From assembly GCF_002105155.1 (NCBI RefSeq), contig NW_019029011.1:434001-487744 (forward strand): a DNA stretch of 53,744 nucleotides, in the 5' to 3' direction. How positions within the stretch are numbered: position 1 is the first letter of the stretch; each line of letters begins with the position of its first letter. The notes below the pieces were generated by a model. That model saw nothing but the letters and a program-made list of their open reading frames with translations. It had not been told where the DNA came from and did not search any database. This document shows, in pieces, positions 47,982 to 53,744 of the stretch. This DNA comes from Lobosporangium transversale. Taxonomy: Eukaryota. Both the position numbers and the translations under genes were made by a program.

Positions 47982-49414
47982 TCATGCTGACTGAGTAAAC
48001 TGATACTGGCAAAGGCCAATGTTGCCCTGAGCATCCCTAATAATGACGCCACTGATCCTGCCCAGTACCTCATGTGGCTCTGGCATTGAGAGACGGGGTG
48101 CATCACTGGGTCCTGACATAAAATCTGTGGGTAATGGCACAGCTTTATGACGTCCAGGTTGGCTAGAATTAAATGGCACAAGATTAAGTCCTGTAGTTGA
48201 AGCGCCAGTAGAACCCGCATTCATGTCCCAATTACTACCAGCAGTAGCGGCAGGAGGATATGTATATCCTTGCGCATCCGTGTAGCCGTATCCTGTATAG
48301 TCCGCCTGTCCAGGCATAGAATAATCCATGGGTTGTCCATAGGCTGCATAATAGCCCTGAGGGTCCATATGAGGAGGTTGGTGTGGGGTAGGTGGGTAAG
48401 ATTGGGGATATATCGAACCAGAAGCATGATGCTGCTGTGCATGTGGGGGAGGAATACTGTCAAAGTTCGTACCATGAGGTTTAGGGGGCAGTGAGGGATG
48501 TGGGTTGAGAGGCGAAGTCCCATTGGGACCTGAGTGTCCACGGAGCGGAGGGACATGGCTATTTTCGAGACGATCGCGTCTCCTATCATCATACCGACTT
48601 CCTCCTGGAAGTCCAAAAAATCCATCATTTCTAGCCGCTAGAGGTGGAGGTCTATCTCTAAAATCGCGAGGATCCCGCATGTCACGCATATCTCTTGGAT
48701 CAGGACGACCCATAGGTCCAGTTCCTGGAGGAAGTGGCCTCGTCCCCAAATGATGATCCCGAGGGTCGCGACGATCATAATCAGGTCTACGATAATCCTC
48801 ACGCCTATCCGGATAATAATCTTCCCGATATGGCGGCCTGTCATATCCGCGATGGTGACCCCTAGATTCCCTGAAATTTGGCCCGCTCATAGCAGGAGGC
48901 CCTGCATACAGCGGTGCATTATAATGGGGTGGTGCCGGTCCCGGCCCTGCTGATGGGGAGCGATATGGTGCGTATGGGTGAGGTCGAGTTCCAGGTGGCC
49001 CTGAAGGTCTTATACCTCGACCCGGATATGGGCTCTGTGTGGCCCTCCCACTTCTTTTTGGTTCTATCTCAATGCGTTTATGGTAAATATCCCATATTTC
49101 AATAACAGTGTTAAGTTCTAATAAGGATGTTCATAAAAAAGTATTGGGTTAGTTGAGCACTGTAACATGAAGACGATCGCCGTTCCAAGATGAATCCCAA
49201 AAACTCGCGATTACCTTTATTCCTGGCAGACGCCTCTACGGCGCTCTCCTGAGATTCATGTTTTCGTGGCTTAATTCCTTCGAAATATAGGTCTACACGG
49301 ATATCATGAACAGCATCGTCATAGCTCTTAAAGACAGAGGTTTCGTCCTCGAAACGTTGTTTGATCACCTAATGGAATAAAAAAACCACACGAAATATTC
49401 GGAATTATTTTCTT

Positions 49415-49448
<34 letters not shown>

Positions 49449-50179
49449 CCTACTCAGGCTTGTGGAAGTTGCTCAAAGTATACTTAGTTTCATTTTAATC
49501 TTCCAATAGCTTACATCTTTTTCAGGGTCGATGTCTTTGAGTAATTCCTTCCCTTCATCATCAACTTCATCAATAACACGGTCGCGAGCAGATGTCAGCA
49601 CGAATTCATTTGAATAGTTACGAAGTTCGGTAGCAAGGGCCTTTTTATCGCTCACAATCGCCTTGATCTCCTCGGATGTCTTTTTACAAAGGCATCCCAA
49701 GATGTGCTGTATAAAATAACAAATAAAAAAAAAGGCGATGATCCAGACTGCTAATTAGAATGCACTCTAAGCAGAAGACTCCATCGACCTATCCAGATCA
49801 TAAAGCACACAAGCCATATCGTCCCACTTGCCTGCTTACTGCAGTCCTGAAGCAACAAATGAAGAGGTTGTCCAGTTCTACGTGGTCTCCTCTTCATTGG
49901 CGGAGCGGATTGCGGGGTGAAGGACTTAGGTGGGATCAAGTACTGCTGCTGATGTGAGGAAGTATCTGTTTGGTGGGTTGTAGAAGGGGAGGTGTCTTCG
50001 CCTTCTACAACATGGCTGGCTGTCGGCGTACTGCTTTCTACACTTTCCGAAGGAGTCAGAGCGGCAGACTCAGTCTCTACTCCAACTGTTGGCACGGAAT
50101 GCTCGCTAGTAGTAAACTCGGAGTCATCAACCATTTTCACTTCCTGTTCCTTGTTATCTATGGCGTCCATGGCGTCCAT
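47982..50179 (-). CDS. Uncharacterised protein: acidic N-terminus, helical core, long Pro/Arg/Asp/Tyr-rich low-complexity tail; exons about 50179-49832, 49706-49515, 49368-49215, 49118-47982
   Basis: Phase-consistent joining of ORFs 49751-50179, 49473-49700, 49111-49368 and 47982-48890. Intron 1 is probably GC-AG. No family recognised. Confidence 0.7.
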
Positions 50180-50415
50180 ACTTTTTTTTTGTCCTGACTT
50201 AGTAGGTTGTAATGAATGAACAGTAGGAGCAAGGGTGTGAGTGTTCGTTTTTCCTGTTCGTGTTTACCATGCATGACAGAAAAAAAAAAGTTTTCAAAGC
50301 CACTGAACAGATCTATTGGGTGTCCTCTATCTTTCTATGGGTCTAAAAGAAGCTGGCGTGCTTTTATTTTTTTTTTTTCCTGTCACCAACATTGGAAATT
50401 GTGCATGACCCACTC

Positions 50416-52567
50416 ATGTCGACTCAGGAACAACGGGAGCATGCATTAATTAATGCATTTGGACCAACTCTTGCCAATAATCCAACAGCGCTGAGAGAGT
50501 GTATGGTCGCAAGTTTCTGCCACTTGTAGTCTACTGAATTAGAATAGTCCAGGGTCATTATTTAATAATATCATCATTTGTATAATAATATGATTGTTCT
50601 CCTCCTATTAATATATCCGTACATTTGAATAGGCCTCAACCTATTACAGATTTATCGAATTGAGCCCCAAGTGCTCCATTCAAAATGGGAAGCCTATATT
50701 ATGAGCAAAACTGGCGCAGGCGATGAGGACGACGACGGCACAATGACCAATGCACACTTAGAGGGCTTTAAGACTAGTCTTCGACGCACACTAGAGCAAC
50801 AATCTCAACAACAACAAAACTATCATATCAACCAGGGACAGTCATCTGCGCTGTCTTCATTTGCTGTACCCAAAAAGGCGACGATTAGATCAAAATACCA
50901 TACTGGATCCACATCCAAGGCCAACTATGGCATGGACTATGGCCACACAGATAATATGTGAGTTAGCACATATTTTTTTTTGTTACAATAGACTTGATAT
51001 CGCAAAATAAGGTCAAGAAGCTGAGTTTTACATCTTCTTTCAGTGGATCATTTGATAGCAAAGCCACCTTTACCATGCCAACAAGTCCTATCAGAAACAG
51101 AGGTACCAACAGTGCACCAGTCACTACTTCGCCATTAATGTAAGGATATGATAACGTTGTTCATATTATTTTTTATGCTTTTAACAATAGTTGACGAGAG
51201 TAATTAATTGGTCTTCATATTCTACCGCATGCGTTCTCAAGATCATTATCCTCTTCAAAGTTTGCATTGCGAAAGAACATAGCAGAGATAGAAGAAACCT
51301 TAAATGGTCACTTGGAATTACGTCAGGACCTACCTAATAGGAGTGCTGATTATCGTAACGCTGTCGATTTGGTGGTTGCTGTCAAACCATATCGTTACAT
51401 GTTTGAGAAGATTGCTGAAAAAGCGGAAGGTAAATAAAAGGCCTCAATCTTCTTTTTATTTTGTCAAAAAATAGAAAAAAGACATCCTATTAACGCACAT
51501 GTTCAGCTCTTGATGACAGGATTGAAGCAATTGCAGAGATATATAAAAGTTCTTTTCCTGAAACTGAATTCCATAACCCAGCATATCCAAGTCAAGCCAT
51601 TGTCACAGTTGTGGGGAGGATTTGTTCCGACGCCAATGAGGGCAAATCCAATGAGCGATCGCTGGTCCTGGAGACGAGTCGCTCGCTCGGAGGTGGTTCA
51701 AGAGTCAGGCTTGATGTTAATGAAATCACAGATTTCGGATTCTTCTTGGGTCAAATCGTAGTATTAAGTGGAATCAATGCCAATGGTTCAGTCTTTGCAG
51801 TCACCCGTGTGCATGAGGTATATATTTTGTCTTTTTTTACTTTAATTTTTTATACTTTTTACATTACATAGAGTGGAGGACATGTAAACTGGTAGGAACT
51901 AGGGTGAAAGTCTTTTAGTGACATTGTTCCGTCTTTATTTTTCATTAGTTACCAGCGATGCCGATGGCAAGCGCTAGTCCGCTTGAACTTATGGAGTTGC
52001 ATCATCGAAAGTTGGCTGGACAACCCATCAAGATAATTGCTGCAGCAGGACCCTACACTTTGAATGATAATCTCTTGTTTGAGCCGTTCTCTGCTTTGAT
52101 GGAGCACGTTAACAGTGAAAGACCAGATGTGCTCTTACTGGTACTGTCGTTTATATCTTTTTTTTTTATTTTTTATTTTTTATTTTTTTTTTTATAACCA
52201 TGATTGTTCACAGAGAATAGTCAAGCCACGAGTTGCTCACTTTCCTAGATGATGTTCTTAATTATAGATGGGTCCATTCATTTCTTCTCAGCATCCTGTC
52301 ATCCAATCCGGAAATGTGGATATGATGCCAGAGGCATACTTCACAAAGTATATCTCAACACAACTAACGCGATACCAAGAGCGATATCCCAAGGAGATGC
52401 AAATTCTGCTTGTGCCCAGCTTACAGGATATCATTCATGATTCTGTAGTCTTACCTCAGCCAAGTTTTGAGCACCCCCGTCAACTTAGCCTGCCAACTGT
52501 AAGCGATAATGTCAATGTATACACTTGCCATTCAAAAGTATTGCTGAAATAAGTCTGCTCAAGTATT

Positions 52568-52605
<38 letters not shown>

Positions 52606-53387
52606 TTAAAAAAATAAAATAAAATCCTTCTCCATAGGGAACGCGTTGTCTTCCTAACCCCGCCCAGTTTAAGATCAATGAGATGGTATTTGCTGTTAAC
52701 ACCTCCGATATTTTGATGCATTTGAGTGGCGACGAAGTTGCACGTAGTATAGGACAAACAGACCGAATGTGCCGTTTGTCAAAGTATCTTATCGAGCAAC
52801 GCAAGTATGTCATATATGGACCTCTCTCCATTTCCAGCTGGTTTGATAACATCTTTAGAATAGTCATGTGTAGAACATTAACTATCTTTCCGGTCATTAT
52901 GTTGATGTAGCATGCACCCTGTATATCCAGGACTGGGTTCAGATATCGAATGCGGTGTCGACTTTAACCAATATGAACTCATGGACTTACGAGTTTGTCC
53001 AGATGTCATGATCCTGCCTAGTAAACTCAAGAGCTTTGCAAAAGTAAGCTGCCTTTCCTATCTTTCCATATCTGTTAAATCATTTATTACAGTTGGGCCG
53101 CCTACGCAAGCCACCTTCTCAATCATTCAGCTTAAATACAAATACAATGTACTCACTTTTCCTTTGTCCCTAATCGATGCTAGATAACTGATAATATTAT
53201 CATTGTGAATCCCAGCCAGCTTAGTAAGGGCCAATCAGGAGGAACATATGCACGCCTTACAATCCATCCAATTCCTAATGCTTTCCTAGATGATATGCTT
53301 ACGCTGATGGATGAGGATGAGCCGCAGACTATGTCCACGTATCACCGTGTATATGAACGCTGTCGAGTTGATCTTGTCCGCATATGA
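50416..53387 (+). CDS. POL12: DNA polymerase alpha subunit B, about 10 exons
   Basis: KWEAY, PYRYMFEK, VVGRICSD..EGK.NERSLVLETSRSLGGG.RVRL, GQIV..G.N..G, AAGPYT..NL.FEP, PDVLLL MGPF, NPAQFKINE, PDVMILPS.LK.FAK, NP..L.KG..GGTYA, RVD.VRI*. Confidence 0.93.
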
Positions 53388-53744
53388 AGGAAAGTAAAAA
53401 TAAAATTAGCAAAAAAAAAAAGGGATATTTTTTCTTTCTTGCCTTCATATGCCTAATATGTAAATTTGGTCTATTGTTTTGGATTTTGATGAAGTCTTTT
53501 TATTAATGTAATTTGGAAAGAAAAAAGAGAAGAGTAAATCATGAGTTGTTAAAAGTAGCCGATCCCACATCTCATGCCAATTCTAAAAGAGAAGAAGGGA
53601 TGCCTTGCACAATGTATAACAATGGTTCGGTTCCTGCTTCTTGCAGGCAAAGTATTCAAGCAAAAGAGAAAAAAAAAATTGCGAGTGAGAGAGAGAAAGG
53701 CGTAGAGACCTGATTTATTTCTTGGGAGTTTCAACAAAGCCGGG

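Noticed and set aside
1..53744. tRNA, rRNA, snRNA or TPP riboswitch genes
   Set aside because: No diagnostic motifs recognised by eye; a tRNAscan or Infernal run would be needed to exclude them.

Overview
Intron-rich fungal genomic DNA with very frequent 20-35 nt poly(A)/poly(T) runs. Gene content and style suggest an early-diverging fungus, most likely Mortierellaceae (inference). From left to right: a PIF/Harbinger-derived block (decayed DDE transposase, apparently intact Myb/SANT-like partner, a second partial unit and a fold-back MITE); two paralogous small secreted Cys-rich proteins; an Ame1/CENP-U-like kinetochore gene; a bacterial-type beta-helix polysaccharide-lyase-like gene; a GIG1/DUF3605 gene; a PAQR/IZH receptor; RBMX2/IST3; a DNF3-like P4-ATPase; a paraoxonase-fold protein lacking most catalytic residues; a Zn2Cys6 transcription factor; a GH63-like glucosidase with a 6-nt microexon; decayed LINE and Tc1-like remnants; a GH20 hexosaminidase; an unknown low-complexity protein; and POL12. 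The most unusual signal is RNA-level. The two introns over 400 nt fold by eye into extensive sense-strand helices with G-U pairs. In the transcription factor intron the 5' splice site can pair (16 of 17 bp) with the branch-point region, and competing helices cover cryptic acceptors that would create premature stops. All gene models, alignments and foldings were done by eye; no searches or folding programs were run.
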